From the NCBI GenBank assembly GCA_002269645.1, contig NIVC01001332.1:221196-285195 (forward strand): a stretch of DNA of 64,000 nucleotides, given 5' to 3'. The stretch's first letter is position 1; every line of letters begins with the position of its first letter. Positions 62,929 through 64,000 of this stretch are shown one piece after another. This stretch comes from Macrostomum lignano (taxonomy: Eukaryota). The translations under genes and the position numbers were made by a program. The notes under the pieces were generated by a model that was not told the origin of the DNA, did no database searches, and saw only the letters and a program-made list of their open reading frames with translations.

Positions 62929-63699
62929 ACTAGCGGATCACTACACTAGTAGTATTAAAAAAGCAAATCTTGCATATTTCATAACTGCTGTAGTTATAAC
63001 ATGGTATAGAGTGATTCAAAATTTCAATGTTTGTACATTTAAGGCCAGGGTTTTTCGAGACATGCATTTCAGACCTGTTGTTGGATCTGGGAGGCTACAT
63101 GTATGCAGTGGCGGCTCCAATGTTCTGGGGTCTTGGTGGGCGCCCCTGTCTTTTGTGAGCGCCCCTGTCTCTTGATGGGCGCCCCTGTCATTTGGTGGCG
63201 CCCCTGTCTCTCACTGGGCTAGATACCTTAATTACATACCTTAATCACATATCATGGCGTAAAATGTATGTACATACATCAATTAACAATTTTGCAGGAT
63301 TGTTATCTATTATCTTTTATCTATTACTATTACTATCTATTATCTATTACTATCTAGATTATTAACTATTATCTATCTATTATCTATTACTATCTATCTT
63401 TTATCTTTTACTTTTTATCTATTGGTCCTGCAATTAAGTACAAGGGCTGTACAAGGGCTCTACAGTTAGTACAGTGAAGTGAGCACAGGAGATACAGTGT
63501 ATGACTAAGAGACTATTGAGTATAATAGATGGATAAACTATAATTGCCCAATTTTTAATTCAAGTTCCGGCCTGATGCCCATGATGTTCTAACATGCAGT
63601 TGAAATGCTGTTTATTCTGCACGATTTTGAAATTTTGTACTGCACGCTTACGAACTAAATTTGCATGCGTGGATCACGGCACGGCACGTATATAGCTTG

Positions 63700-64000
63700 T
63701 GAGTTTATAGTGAGTTTATGAGCTAGTATGAGTGAGTTTATGAGCTTGTGAGTTATGAGCTTGTGAGTTATGAGCTTGTGAGTTTATGAGCTTGTGAGTT
63801 TATGAGCTTGTGAGTTTATGAGCTGTGAGTTTATGAGCTTGTGAGTTTATGAGCTTGTGAGTTTATGAGCTTGTGAGTTTATGAGCTTGTGAGTTTATGA
63901 GCTTGTGAGTTTATGAGCTTGTGAGTTTATGAGCTTGTGAGTTTATGAGCTTGTGAGTTTATGAGCTTGTGAGTTTATGAGCTTGTGAGTTTATGAGCTT
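63700..64000. repeat. 16-bp minisatellite (GAGTTTATGAGCTTGT), runs off the window
   Basis: Visible units. Confidence 0.95.

Overview
Eukaryotic, intron-rich, repeat-laden animal genomic DNA. The GC-rich exons and private minisatellites in most introns are reminiscent of the flatworm Macrostomum, but I cannot verify the species. Four spliced genes can be rebuilt by hand from GT-AG sites and reading frame: a 3-exon rhodopsin-class peptide-type GPCR (minus, 11446-6209), two tandem 9-exon carnitine O-palmitoyltransferase 1 paralogues (minus; 'CPT1-A' 26400-14813 and 'CPT1-B' 45521-32906), and a 4-exon p38 MAPK (plus, 55006-58518) with DLG in place of DFG. Mobile DNA: a tRNA/CORE-type SINE, a 2.0-kb solo LTR with a 4-bp TSD that splits a CRE-containing minisatellite, a decayed 3.6-kb THAP/P-element with TIRs and an 8-bp TSD in CPT1-B intron 7, a 1.55-kb hAT-like deletion derivative with a 5-bp TSD, Tc1/mariner debris and a second probable solo LTR. 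Best observations: patchwork near-identity between otherwise old CPT1 paralogues (segmental gene conversion), the CPT1 catalytic His on a 26-nt microexon, the DLG p38, 14 perfect CRE octamers in the GPCR intron, and a perfect 56-bp inverted repeat with HSE-like motifs between the divergent CPT1-B and p38 genes. Most long ORFs in the supplied track are tandem-repeat artefacts. I found no rRNA, true tRNA or CRISPR array, and no wholly new system that I can support.
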